NCBI RefSeq assembly: GCF_000143415.4
Contig: NW_003314311.1
Location: forward strand, 1,000,769 to 1,064,768
Source: Selaginella moellendorffii
Taxonomy: Eukaryota; Plantae; Lycopodiophyta
Length of the DNA: 64,000 nt
Direction of reading: 5' to 3'
The translations under genes were made by a program, and so were the position numbers. This document shows, piece by piece, positions 22,601 to 35,995 of the stretch. Position 1 is the first letter of the stretch. Every line of letters starts with the position of its first letter. The notes beneath the pieces are model-generated. The model did not search any database. It was not told the origin of the DNA and saw only the letters and a list, made by a program, of their open reading frames with translations.

Positions 22601-25600
22601 TCGTGAAGTCTGCTCAAGATTCTTTGAGATGGCTGTGCCACAAGCGACTGATAGAGTGGGATCAGGAGTTACAGATCTACAAAATAACTCCATTAGGAAA
22701 AGCAGCGTTTGGCAGTTCGCTCAGCCCGGAGGAATGCTTGGTACGTTCTCGCTCGTTTTTGCTGGCAATGACGAATTTTAATTATGAGGATGCAGGTTGT
22801 CTTTGAGGATCTTGCTAAAGCCCGTGAAAGTTTTGTTTTAGCGTCAGATTTGCACCTTGTTTACGAGGTTACTCCTATTCACGTGGAGCTTGAACCGGAC
22901 TGGGGAGTTTACTATCAAAGATTTGTCGAATTGTCCCATGTCGATCAGGTTCTTATAGACGAAAGCTAGAAATATACACTGTAATGCTTTCGCATTTTAC
23001 AGGCAGTTGCTAGCAGAGTTGGGGTGACCGAGGCATCCCTGATGCGCATGGCTCATGGAGCACCGATGCAGGGCCGTAAAAGGAGTATAAAAGGTAGTGA
23101 GAAGGCTAGCGAGGCGGATCAAAACTTGCGTGTGTACAGACGCTTTTTTGTGGCTCTTATATTGTCCAAGCTTGTTCAGGTATGTATGGTCGACCTTTGT
23201 TTCGTAATACTGAAGTTTCGCCACTAGGAAGTGCCGTTAATGGACGTCTGCAGTACGTTCAAGGTGCCGAGGGGCACCGTGCAAGCTCTTCAGGATAGTT
23301 CTGGCCGATTTGCTGCTATGATCTCTACGTTTTGTGAAAGACTTGGATGGCATGACTTGGAAGGATTAATATCGAAGTTTCAGAATCGCGTCTCTTTCGG
23401 CGTGAGAGCGGAGATTGTGGGGCTCACAGAAATTCCCTTCGTGAAGGTATGGTTTCAACGATAGAAATTAAGATTGTTTTACCTTTGTTTTATGTTTTCA
23501 CAGGCTGCACGAGCTAGAGCTTTATACAAAGCGGGCTTACGAACAGTTGAAGCTGTAGCTGAGGCTACAATTCCTGAACTTGCAAACGCGCTGTCCGATT
23601 CTTCATTCAAAGGACATGCAGGTTGGCTTATCTTAAATATCGGATGCTTTTACTCACAAGCTTTTTGTAATAGATGCTGGTAAGCAGCAGTGGATGTATG
23701 CTGCAGCGGCAAAGAAAATAAAAAACGGAGCAAGGAGAATTGTCCTGGATCGAGCAGAAGAGGCGCGAATAGCTGCTTTCTCGGCCTTTCAAGCTCTTGG
23801 AGCAACGATTCCGCATTCGCTGTCGCAGTCTTTATATGCTAGAGTTCAGAGGCCTGAGGCTGAGACGGACGAGATGGCCATATCTCCAAGGCAAGGCGAG
23901 GGCAAGGCCGACGTTCATAGCACTGACAAGGAAAACCGACCAGTAAATATGCAAGAAAATGGTAACCATGGCTCCAATGCGTTTGGAGGCAGCCTCATCA
24001 AACAAGATATCAACGCTCAGCCCGTTCAACAGATTCAAAAGTGTGAAGTCTTAGACAACGGGCCTGTAGACTTCGAGAAAATGGAACCTACTGCACGTGA
24101 AGCCTTTTTCCAGGCTTGGCAAGGGTCTCAGGATTTCTTCTTCGATCTACATTTTGAGGACCAACGAGGTGCATTCTCCAAAATATTTGGATTTGCTGTC
24201 TGCTGGCAAGAGTCTCCAGTATATTACGTTCGGGTCGTCGAAGAAAGTTGGAGGAGGATTTCAAGCGTTTTCTCTCGAAAGGGAGTGCACAAGTTTTGTT
24301 GGGACTTGAAAGGACAGATGAAGGCCCTCGATACTCCAGCTTTTTCTCAAGAACGAGGTGAAATACAATTCTTCCAGCAGGCTGGAAGCAAACTAAATCC
24401 TCTGAGTCCACTGCTAATGGAGGCGCCGTATATTGACTTCCGGATAGCTGCTTGGTTACTATGGCCAGATGAAGAAAACAATCCATCCTCGACACTAGAA
24501 CAGGTTAGCATTCTTATTTTCGTGTGGGCCTGTTCTCACCGTTTCGTTTTACAGCTAGTGAAAAGGCGTCTGCCTGGTGAAGTAGCTGCCGCTGCAAGCC
24601 GAGCAGGAAGATGGACCAACCAGATGAAAAACGAAGCACACAATGGCTGTTGTCGTCGTGCCGCTCAAATCCGCGGTCTGCATTCCGTGCTGTATAAATT
24701 ATTGCTATCCGAAGCTCTCCATGACCCACTCATGCGGCTGGAGATGCCGATGGTAAGCTTACGGAGAATTCCAAGCTTCCTTCTAACAGATCTTTTTCAG
24801 GTGAGAGTGCTGTCGGACATGGAAAAGTGTCCCATTGGTGTGAATATGAAGTCCTGCTTTACCGCTCGCCATCTTCTCGAGACAAAACTCAAAGAGCTCG
24901 AGTCGAAGGCACAAATCATGGCAGGAATGAACTTCTCGCTTTCGTTACCGGCAGACGTTGCGGACCTTCTCTACAGGCACTTGAAGCTACCTGTGCCTCC
25001 TGGCTGTGCAAAGGGAAAACAACATCCTAGTACGGATAAGCAAGCCCTTGATCAACTGAGGTGATGGTTACTATTCTAGTTACACGGGTTTCCTGACGTT
25101 TATTTTTTTTCAGGGATCGACATCCGGTCGTCAGTTTAATCAAAGAACATCGGAGTCTTTCAAAACTCTTGCACACTACGATTGGAGCTGTAATTTCCAC
25201 TGCTGACAAGTCTTTGAAGGATGCAGACAATGTCATTCAGTATATAAACGGACAGTGGCTTCATACCTCCACAGGTACTGGCAGACTGTCTATGGAAGAT
25301 CCTAATCTTCAGGTAAGAGATTCGACATTTTTTTCATCCCTCTCCTAAACTTTATAAATCGTGAGGAAGTGCGTGGAGCATTCCATAACTTTTTTGCTTG
25401 AGGAGCATTCTACTGGGAAACCGAGAGAAGTCGAAGTCAATGCTCGACAGTTTTTTGTTCCTACGCAGGTATTATCTCAAAATTTTCCCACTTAAACGAT
25501 GGCTTATCTTACTTTGTACAGAAAGGCTGGGTTTTCCTATCAGCTGACTATTCGCAGATCGAGCTACGATTAATGGCACACTTCTCTGGGGATGAAGCTC

Positions 25601-26519
25601 TGCTTTCGCTGCTTCGGAGGCCAACTGGGGATCTGTTTCGAATGATGACGGCGAAATGGACCAGCCAGCCTGAAACCTCTGTGACGGATAAACAGCGAGA
25701 GAGAACGAAACGGATGGTGTATGGAATCCTGTATGGGATGGGCATCAGTAGCTTGGCTGAAAAGATGGAATGCACCGTTGGAGAGGCTAGCAGATATCAC
25801 GAACAATTCAAGGTAGCGTTTCCTGGAGTCAATGCTTGGCTCCAACAAGCAGTCGATGGCTGTCGTCGCAACGGGTATGTTATGTAAACTTTGAAGTTGT
25901 TTTTGAGTCTTACTGTGTTTCCTTTTTTATTCCAGATACGTAAAAACGCTTGCAGGTAGGAAACGGTATCTAGAGAAAATCAATGATTCCAAACGGGGTG
26001 ACCAGGCCAAAGCTGAAAGACAAGCAGTGAACTCCATTTGCCAGGTAACTTCATTAAAACTTTTAACCTCCAAGGCCTTAGTCGTTTCTTCTAATAGGGA
26101 TCGGCAGCAGACCTTATAAAAATGGCAATGATCGATTTGCACACCGCTTTAGTTGGAAAGAACGATAAGACTTTGGCATACACAGACGCGCAGGGAAACT
26201 CAAGAGCAATTCATTTCTCTATGCTCCACAATCGATGTAGATTACTACTTCAGGTACTTTTCTTTTGGTTTTACCTTGGAGTCATGGCATGGAATGACAG
26301 ATCCATGACGAGCTTTTGCTGGAAGTGGAGGAGGCCATAGCCACGGATGCTGCTGCTATTGTCAAAGCGTGCATGGAAGGGGCAACAAGTTTAACAGGTA
26401 GTAGTGACTTTGAACAGCTATGGATTCACAAACTTTTGGTTTTGGTTCTTGCAGTACCACTTACTGTGAAAGTGCAGTCTGGTCCCTCTTGGGGAGAATT
26501 AAGGCCACTTTCAATATAA
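19654..26519 (+). CDS. TEB: Helicase and polymerase-containing protein TEBICHI (DNA polymerase theta), more than 20 exons
   Basis: MDKARLDQ start, [62 protein letters not shown]; family A polymerase motifs [39 protein letters not shown]. Confidence 0.97.
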
Positions 26520-27617
26520 AATGTTTTGATAAACTGATAAATTATTTTGATGACTGTTTTCCGAAACGAGCACGTAGGTCCCTAATTAAATTCCGCATGC
26601 AACACCTCTTTCTTTCCTTACTTCATAACACTTTGCCTCTCTCATGTTGCATGACTGCAGTATGGTGTGTGGAGAGTATCTCTATCAACCTGTGGAGAGT
26701 ATTTCTATCAAAAGTAGTGCTCGGTTTTGATGTGAACGTTCTGTATGGCTATGGACGTGATGTGTTGTAAATTTTGGGACAGACCCCATTTGAGTTGCTT
26801 TGCACTTCAGTGAACGACTACCCACTGTGACAAATGACTACAAAGGACCCTAATAATATTTATTCTATTTTTGTATTGGTTGAAAGAGTACACTAAACTT
26901 AAAATACTCTACCTTTTAATTAAGTATTATACATATATTTTAAAACTTATAAATTGAAAAAACGTTTTTATTATAAGTAATTACAATTAAGATTCATCAA
27001 TTTACTATAATTTCTCAATTGGAAAAACCATAATGATGATCTTTTGCAAGGTCTTGCTTGGCATGGATTTGATTGTACCGAAGGATCTACCAATCAAACC
27101 ATCTCATGTACCACATGAATTTGCTAAGACAGAGACTCATTACCAGCTCAAGAGCATTGAGCTCAAGGAGATGCTTGCTCCAAGGAGATAACACTCATAT
27201 GTTGGCAAATCTATAAACCAAGCAGCAAACTTAGAATTTGATACAGTATACCACCTAATTCTCATATGACACTGCTTTATATCTTCTCTTTCTTGCAACT
27301 CAGTTATATACACTCATGCAATGTCCTGCAGAAGTTTCTAGTTTCATTTGCTCAATTCTACTGATCTTGGCATTAGCATGAATTATTCAAGTCAATTTTT
27401 GTGTGTATTTGCATTGTTGAAATGCAACTTTGAGAATAGCCGCAACAAAAGTTCCCTGGATCAATGAGGACAAACAACTTACACCTAAATAGATGTTTTG
27501 GAATTTTGTCAATTTTATAACCCTTCTGGAAGTGCCACCTATGGTGTGAGCAACAACAATATGGAGTTTTTCAATGTTACAAATGAAAATAGATTAAACA
27601 TGTCCCCTAATTCTTTG

Positions 27618-28586
27618 TTATAACCCTTTAGCAATTTCTAAAAGTTGGCGGACAAGCTGGTCATGCTTTGAAAAGAATGGCGAGTGATCTGAGTCAATAC
27701 TAAGCACTTCTTTAGGTGGAGTCCTTCTGATAAGATCTTCTTGATTTGCACTAAGGAATAATTTGTCCTTGCTCAATGTTTTGATAAAATAACGAGGAAT
27801 AGTGCCATAACGAGTGCTTGTAAAATTCACAGTGCCATCAAATATAGGACATGGCTTCAGCAAAGATTTAGCCAGCTCCACATTCTATGCAACAAATACA
27901 TATAAAATCAATTCATCTTTAACCAATTTTACCTCTAGCGGGGAGATGTTGTAGAGGTACTTTTGAACTTGATCCAGCTTGAAATAAGCTGCTGCTGTTG
28001 AGCCATTGACAAAAGAACTGATGCCACTGGCTATTAAATTTGCAACAATCTTGAAAACAGAAAAAAATTATAAAGAAAACTCCAAGCTTAAAGATCTAAA
28101 ATCTTGTATACCTGTGAAAAAATGGCACCGCCCTCTGGGCCCGAAGGTAGCATCACAGCTGCTAAATAAACCCCAGCCATGATCTTCTCAGGGAACTTCT
28201 CTAATATATAAGTAACACTCAGTCCCCCCAAACTGTGCCCAACTAGCACAACCTGAAGTTTTTCAAAAAATATAACACCAAACAACAGAAGCCAGAAACA
28301 TTATAACCTTGTCATCAGGGGACAAAGATTGAATAAGTTGTGTCAAGGGAGTTGTGTAGTTCTCCAATGTTCCAACAGTTGTAGCATTTTGACTATTAAT
28401 TCCAGCACTAGTGAGATCAATTGAATCCACATAGTGGCCCATTTGCCTGAGTCGGGAGGATACCTTATACCAGCACCATGCACCATGTCCAGCTCCATGG
28501 ACAAGAACAAAGTGAACACTCTTTCTATAGCACTCACAACATACTACTAGGATGAGAAGAGCTATTAGAAAATAGGAAAGTCTCAT
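27618..28586 (-). CDS. Methylesterase (MES/SABP2-like alpha/beta hydrolase) with predicted signal peptide, 4 exons
   Basis: HFVLVHGAGHGAWCWYKV, VVLVGHSLGG (nucleophile Ser), KDKLF (Asp), DSDHSPFFSK (His); N-terminus MRLSYFLIALLILVVCCEC. Confidence 0.9.
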
Positions 28587-28879
28587 TGATTTAACAAAGA
28601 ATTCCAGTAAGATAAAATTCTTTAAATAATATAATGCTACCAATAATTCAAGATTGTAATCAAATCCTACATTAGGTGATATATCAAATTCTACCATACT
28701 GGTTTGAAATATATGCATGTGTACTTAATTGCTTAATTGTTGTAAGATTTGCTCACATATTTGATTTTTCTTTGTTCTTCACCAAAAATTTGGCTGCTAC
28801 ACCAATACACAACGCATTATTTAGACAGTAGTGTAATTTTTGCCGAGCAAGTAATAGGTCAACACATAAGCAGAACCAT

Positions 28880-29963
28880 TCAACGAATCCAAGCCCAAGA
28901 CGTTTTGACCCACAAAACTTCCTCGCCTCTCATCACAGTGACTCCTACACAGTCTAAATTCCCGGCCGCAAATGGCACGGTGGCTATGAGTTCTTCAGCC
29001 TTGTTCAAGTAACCAGCTCGGCTTAACAATCCCAGCAAGCAGATATAATGCTGCTGCTTGTGGGCCATTTCAAAATCAAAGTGAATCGATCGAAACAAAC
29101 TTCTTCCATGGAACACCTCTCCTTTGTGTGACCATGCCAGGAGAACACACCAAAATGTGACATCGTCCAGTGTTTCCACAAGGTTCATCTGGTAAAGGAG
29201 CTCCTTGACTCTACATTTTGTGCGAAGCCACCAATAATCGAGTTCTAAAGGATTACATCTTGGCTTAGCAAGCCTTGAAATGTTCTTTTGGCTCTATCCA
29301 GATGACCATTTTTGGCATATGCAGTACTAAGAAAGGCAGTCTATGAGATTTTTCGCTTCCTCTGAGATATCCATGTTGTGCACATTATATTGCAAGAACT
29401 AAGGTCTTTTTCTTGCATAGAATCAAATAGACACTTAACTTCGGCTTGGGCATAGCATCACATTCGACGAAATTATAGAATATTCTCCCATCTGAGCTTA
29501 CTGTGTTTAAGATACCAATCTTGGGCATTCTCTCAAAGAACTCCTTTGTTTTCTCCACTTGGCCTTGTTGAGCAAATGCCGCAATCATCGTTTGGCATAG
29601 AATATTCTTTTGGCATCTTTAGAATGTCCCGATCGCCCGTTCCTCCGTTCCTGGTATCAAATTGCTCTTTAGCTTCCTGGAGATTCCATCCAGGACAGAT
29701 CGCGCTCGGCATCGCATCGAACAGCGATTTTGTGCGCGCCAGCCGCCCGCCACGCGGGTATCAGCACGAAATCGATCGAAGAGCTCCTGGGCCTCGTCCA
29801 AGAGCCCCAATCGCGTCAGTGCATTGAGCAGCAGCGTCCAGGAGATAAGATCCCTCTCGGGCATCGAACCGAAGAATTGCTTCGCATCGTGGCTGCTAGC
29901 ATCACATTCATCGCTACGAGCTTCCATTCCTCCATGGAGTTGTAGATCGCCCAGGCGTACCAC
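28880..29963 (-). pseudogene. Deleted and frameshifted copy of the PPR gene at 61818..63701
   Basis: MNLVETLDDVTFWCVLLAWSHKG...LGLLSRAGYL and WTLLLNALTRLGLLDEAQELF match that gene; multiple deletions. Confidence 0.9.
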
Positions 29964-30099
29964 CTAGGACAAGCAGCTTAAACCTAAATAGTGTTTTTTA
30001 GAGTGCGCCATGAAGGCTACATTACTGTGTGAGCAACAACAATATGGTGTTGCAAATGAAAATATTAGTATGAGCTTGCATGTCCGCCTATTAGGTAAT

Positions 30100-30958
30100 G
30101 CTTTGTTAATCCTTTGACAATTTTTAAAAGTTGGCATGCTTTGTAAAGAATGGCGAGTGATCTGAGTCAATACTAAGCACTTCTTTAGGTGGAGTCCTGA
30201 TGATATGATCTTCTTGATTTGCACTAAGGAATAATTTGTCCTTGCTCAATGTTTTGATAAAGTAACGAGGAATAGTGCCATAATGAGTGCTTGTAAAATT
30301 CACAGTGCCATCAAATATAGGAGATGGCTTCAGAAAAGATTTAGCCAGCTCCACATTCTATGCAACAAATACATATAAAATCAATTCATATTTAACAATG
30401 TTTTACCTCTAGCAGGGAAATATTGTAGAAGTACTTTTGAACTTGATCCAGCTTGAAAAAACCTGCTGCTGTTGAGCCATGGAGAAAAATTATAAAGAAA
30501 ACTCCAAGCTTATGAAAAATTGGCACCACCCTCTGGGCCCAAAGGTAGCATCACAGCTGCTAAATAAACCCCAGCCATGATCTTCTCAGGGAACTTCTCC
30601 AATATATAAGTAACACTCAGTCTCCCCAAACTGTGCCCAACTAGCACAACCTGAAGTTTTTCAGAAACAATATCACATCAAACAACAGAATCCAAAAACA
30701 TTATAACATTGTCATCAGGGGACAAAGATTGAATAGGTTGTGTCAAGGGAGTTGTGTAGTTCTCCAATGTTCCAACAGTTGTAGCATCTGGACTGTTAAT
30801 TCCAGCACTAGCGGGATTAATATAGTGGCCCATTTGCCTGAGTCGGGAGGATACCTTATACCAGCACCATGGACAAGAACAAAGTGAACACTCTTTCTAT
30901 AGCACTCACAACATACTACTAGGATGAGAAGAGCTATTAGAAAATAGGAAAGTCTCAT
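30100..30958 (-). pseudogene. Methylesterase pseudogene (duplicate of 27618..28586)
   Basis: Frameshifting deletion in HGAGHGAW, GHSLGG changed to GHSLGR, part of exon 3 missing. Confidence 0.88.
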
Positions 30959-31264
30959 TGTTTTAACAAAGAATCCCATTAGGATAAAATTTGTTAAATG
31001 TTTCAAGATTGTAATAAATCCTACATTAGGTGATATATCACTGAATTTTCTGACATAATCTACCATACTGGTGTTGAAATATATGCATGTATACTTAATT
31101 GCTTAATTGCTGTAAGATTTTTATTAGTTAGATGTGCTCACATATTTGATGTTTCTTTGTTCTTCACCAAAACTCTGGCTGCTACATCAATACATAACGC
31201 ATTTATTAGATGGTAGTGTAATTTTTCTAGTGCAAGTAATATGTCAACACATAAGCAGAACCAT

Positions 31265-32585
31265 TCAACGAATCCAAGCCCAATCCTCACTTCTCATCCC
31301 AGTGACTCCTACACAGTCTAAATTCTCGGCCGCAAATGGCATGGTGGTTAGGAGTTCTTCAGCCTTGCTCAAGTAACCAGCTCGGCTTAACAATCCCAGC
31401 AAGCAGATATAAATGTTGCTTCTTGTGGGCCATTTCAAAATCAAAGTGAATCGATCAAAACAAGCTTCTTCCATGGAACACCTCTCCTTTGTGTGACCAT
31501 GCCAGGAGAACACACCAAAATGTGACATCGTCCAGTGTTTCCACAAGGTTCATCTGGTAAAGGAGCTCCTTGACTCTACATTTTGTGCGAAGCCACCAAT
31601 AATCGAGTTCTAAAGGATTACATCTTGGCTTAGCAAGCCTTGAAATGTTCTTTTGGCTCTATCCAGATGACCTTTTCTGGCATATGCAGTACTAAGCAAG
31701 GCAGTCTATGAGATTTCTCGCTTCCTCTGAGATATTTATATTGTAAGAACTAAGGTCTTTGAATCAAATAGACACTTAACTTTTTCCAAATGCCCTACCA
31801 TCACATTCGACGAAATTATAGAATATTCTTCCATCTGATCAAAGATAAGCTTACTGTGTTTAAGATACCTGTTTTGTGCGACGTACAAGTTAATCTTGGG
31901 CATTCTCTCAAAGAACTCCTTTGTTTTCTCCACTTGGCCTTGTTGAGCCGCGCATAGAATATTCTTTTGGCATTTTTAGAATGTCCCGATCGCCCGTTCC
32001 TGGAATCAAACTGCTAGCTTCCTCGAGATTTGGGCGAGGTTCATCAAATTCACGCCCAGATCCGTCACGATGGCCTCGAAGTCGATCCCTACACCTGCAA
32101 TGTGATGATCCAGGCGCATGGGCGATGCGGCAGCTCGATTGATCTTCGATGCGATGCAGAGAAGGGAGAAATTCTCCTGGGACTCGATCCTCACGGCCTA
32201 CACCCGCAATGGCACCTGGAAGACGCCTGGGCGATCTACAACTCCATGGAGGAATGGAAGCTCGTAGCGATGAATGCGATGCTAGCAGCCACGATGCGAA
32301 GCAATTCTTCGGTTCGATGCCCGAGAGGGATCTTATCTCCTGGACGCTGCTGCTCAATGCACTGACGCGATTGGGGCTCTTGGACGAGGCCCAGGAGCTC
32401 TTCGATCGATTTCGTGCTGATACCCGCGTGGCGGGCGGCTAGCACGCACAAAATTGCTGTTCGATGCGATGCCGAGCGCGATCTCGTGTCCTGGATGCCC
32501 ATTCGGGGGGGAATTGCAAGACCTAAAGCCGCTGGATCCCATGAACGACGGTTGAATATGCCTAGAAGATTCTCTCGGGCATATA
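31265..32585. pseudogene. Second degraded copy of the PPR gene at 61818..63701, with an internal inversion at ~32027-32500
   Basis: 31265-32020 and 32510-32585 have the parent orientation (-), while the middle part reads on + (QIHAQIRHDGLEVDPYTCNVMIQAHGRCGS). Confidence 0.88.
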
Positions 32586-32858
32586 CAAAATTTTAGGGTT
32601 GGAAGGAATCAAGCTCCAAGATTTCGTTGCCGGAGAAGAGAAGTCGCGTACGGATGAGAAGAGCGCGCCAATCGATGATCACGATTAAAAGGAAAGCATG
32701 GAGGAGGCATCAAAGTTCTTGGAGCGTCGCGGCATTGAGGAATTTGCGAGATCCAACCACTCGCTGCGTGAAGAACTGGAGCGTTCTCACGAAGAATATC
32801 GCACGCTTGGTTTCATTCCTCCTCCTCGAGGAGGCAAACTCCGTCTTCTAGGGTTTGG

Positions 32859-34409
32859 ATGTGGAGGCGGCGCTGTTGTGACGATGTTCCGGATGAGCTG
32901 CTCATCCGGATCATGTCCCTCCTCCCCTCCTCCCGCGACTTGCATTCCTCTTCCCTGGTAAGCAAGAGGTGGGCGCGACTGGCACGCCTCGTCACGCATC
33001 TTTGCCTCGACTCGAGCAGTCCTGGCGTGGAGCAAGGCCTCGCGCGCTGGTTTGGTCATCACAACAGCCTCCGCCAGCTATCGATCCAGAGCTTCTTCCA
33101 GCACCAGCCGGACTGCAGCTCCACTCGCTGGCTGCACCAGGTCGGGAAAAGTCTCCACTCGTTGAGCATCTCGAGCACCAGCTCGCAGCACAAGTTCGAT
33201 GGCTTCTGGTCCAACGTCTCGGCCTGCCAGGAGCTCCGCTGCCTCCACGTCCATGGCAAGCAACTCGCCAAGCTGGGCGATGCAACTTTGCCTTCACCGC
33301 TGCTGCCCAATCTCCTCTTCCTCACCCTCCGCACAAGGGTGGACGTGACTTCCCTTCAGCAGCTGCTCGACCTCTGCCCCTCGCTCCTTGTGGTGCGCAT
33401 GAACGGGCTATTGGTGAGATCCCCGGGTATGTAAAAGCCATAGCTTCATATGTTTGCCCAGTCTCGGCATTTGTTCCAAGCTCGATCCTGATTCTCGTGA
33501 GTGTGGTTCATGCAGGGACCTACGTGCTCAAGAGCCGCACTCTTGTCAGCTGCCAGTCCGAAGGCTACTTTGATGGCGGCCTGGACAACGTCACCATTGT
33601 CCTCGACGCGCCGAAGCTCCGGTGGATGTTCCTTGTCGCCCCGCGCATCGTGCTACTGCCTGCTACGTGCAACATAGACTGGATCCGGATGACTGGAATC
33701 ATGGGTGGAATCCAGGGGCTGCGCTACTCGAGGCTCACCAAGCTTGCGTTCATCAACCCGTTCTACAGCTCCGCCCAAGTTATGGACAAGGTGGCGAGGT
33801 ACTTCGCTTGCAGGAAGTCGAGCCTACGCGGGATCAAGACGTTCTGCTATTCCGTTTTTGACGATGGCATTCCACTGTTTTCTATCGATCTTGCTGCATT
33901 GCTGGAGCCTTTCCAGGGCCTTGAGATGTTCATCGTCAGTTTCAAGAGCATCAAGGTTAGTGTTTTGGTAATTATTCTCTTCTCCTAGTGATTTGTGTGT
34001 GCGTGGTGACTGAATGCAGTTGCTCAACGTTGCAAACTGCACCACCCCCTTGACAGTCATTGTGGAGTACTTCTGCGTCACGCACGTCTGGGAAAGTGAA
34101 GGTCCCGAACTGGAGGTCATCCGCGAGCTGCTGAGGAGAAGCAGCGACACCACTCTGGAGTTGAGGGGCTTCTACATTAGAGAGGATGTGAACCCCGAGA
34201 TCCCTCCGTTGCTTCAGAAGCTTCCAAAGGAATTCCCAGGACGCGTCAAGCTGCCACCCCTGCAGCTTGTGCCCCGCCCCACCTGCGGCATTCTGTGGCG
34301 GTCCTGGCAAACAAGTGTTGCCATGGAAGATCCCTACACTGGATTCAGCAACCACTGGTGCAACTTAGTGTACGGGTGGCAGTCCGAAAGGCCATGCGCG
34401 TGGGAGTAG
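32859..34409 (+). CDS. F-box protein with LRR-like C-terminus, 3 exons
   Basis: DDVPDELLIRIMSLLPSSRDLHSSSLVSKRW F-box; introns at ~33427-33515 and ~33956-34019 link ORFs 32859, 32969 and 34014. Confidence 0.85.
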
Positions 34410-34494
34410 CAGTCGCTCCTCAAGACGATGGCAACAATTTTGAGATGCAAGGTATTCCAAGTACATTTACAATCCTTCTTAAGATCACCTTTCC

Positions 34495-34820
34495 AGGTGA
34501 GAGTGCTGTCTCGGACATGGAAAAATGTCCCATTGGTGTAACTCTGACGTCCTGATTTATTGCTCGTCCTCTTCTCGAGGCAAACTGAAAGCACAATTCA
34601 TGGCAGTTTTACTTGCAGACTTTGCAGACCTTCACTACAGGCACTTGAAGCTACCTCTGCCTCCTGGAAAACAACATCCTAGTGCGGAGAGGCAAGCGCT
34701 TGATCAACTGAGGTAATGGTTTCAACTCTAATGACACGGCTTACCTGACGTGTACTTATTCCCAGGAATCGTCATCTTGTAATCAAAGAACATTTCAGTC
34801 TTTCAAAGCACTTGCACACT
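34495..34820 (+). pseudogene. Intron-containing fragment copied from TEB 24795..25177
   Basis: caggtgagagtgctgtc...HLKLPLPPGKQHPS...QALDQLR followed by the intron and the start of the next exon. Confidence 0.9.
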
Positions 34821-34827
34821 GCGCTGA

Positions 34828-35825
34828 AGCTACGTTGCTGCAGTGAAGGCTTGCAGAAGTCTGCATCAAAAGAGGAGGCTGTGCGACTTTCGGGCAAAAG
34901 GAGAAGCAAAAGATCGCTGACTGGAGAGGATAATGCACGCCGAAGCTGCTAAATGTGGTCTCAATTGGGAGTCCGTCGCCGCAAACACGCTGGTGGATTT
35001 CTTACGCTGAAAGCAGTGAAGGCAAGGTGGCCTTGGATCTCTTCGAGGACATGCAACGTTGAGGCTGTGCACCTTCCTCGCTGCTGTGAAGGCGTGTAGC
35101 TGCGTGGTGGCTGTCGAGTACGTCGTCGCGGGTATCTACACGGGTTTTGCTGTTCTGGCCAACTGGACGACGCTCAGCTCTTCATTGACACACTTTGGAC
35201 TTCGATGATATCTGGATACACTTCGCAAGGGACGCAAAGGATGCCTTCGTCCTTTCCAGAAGATGCGATGCAAAGGTTTGCAACAAAATGCGGTCACTTT
35301 TACTTGTTACTGATGGTTGGGATATCTTGGCCAGAGCAAACGAACTAGACGCACGGCTCCAGCTTCGTATCACGCAGCTCATTTCCATCTCCAAAAGCGC
35401 ATCACGGACTCAGTGACATGGAGGACAGTTTAAAGCTCTTGCCGGAAGTGAAAGAACGTAGAGAAAGGAAAGAGCTCGCGTTTGGGACCCTGGTTAAGCT
35501 GGACGTTCCAGGATTTGAAATTCCTAACAACGCCAGCAGTAGCATCTACGGCAGCCAGGGAATGTGGGAGAGGAGCAGAGCTCGGGCGTGGAAGAAGTTT
35601 GAGGCGGCACAGGGCTCTCTTTGTTGTGGATGTCGCTCTTCTCAGTGAGTTTCATAGGTTTCTCTTTGAGCTTTAGCTGCTGCAGAGAAGAATTATCTAC
35701 AGAAGGACGAGAGTTCCAGACGCCAACAGTACAACGAGATCACTTGCGCCCCAGGGATGACGATGAAAATGACCAAGAATTTGAGGGTTTGCGGAGCTCC
35801 TTGAGAGAGAGAGAGAGCAGCGGTC
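34828..35825 (+). pseudogene. Deletion-riddled copy of the DYW-PPR gene segment 18056..19470
   Basis: agctacgttgctgcagtgaaggcttgca, ggcaaggtggccttggatctcttcgaggacatgcaacgt, gatatcttggccagagcaaacgaactagacgc and RARAWKKFE are shared. Confidence 0.9.
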
Positions 35826-35995
35826 TATAGACGCTAGGCGCCGCCACTTTTTTTATACGAGTTCTTGTTTTTTTTAAAAGGTAGTCGTAGCTCTCCAAAG
35901 TGTATGAGTTTGAGAAACGTCGAAGTGGAAGGGGCCCAAGAATTCGACAGTGAGATTAATATAAGCAATAAAAAACTTATAAAAAAAATGTCTCA

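Larger units (their letters stand above)
27467..32590. repeat. Tandem duplication of a ~2.5-kb unit (MES gene plus PPR remnant): ~27467-29960 and ~29966-32590
   Basis: Colinear high identity, e.g. 27660-27940 vs 30135-30410 and 28750-29400 vs 31135-31760. Confidence 0.9.

Noticed and set aside
26669-26713. Two tandem copies of a ~23-bp unit (gtggagagtatytctatcaa)
   Set aside because: Small local duplication with no sign of function
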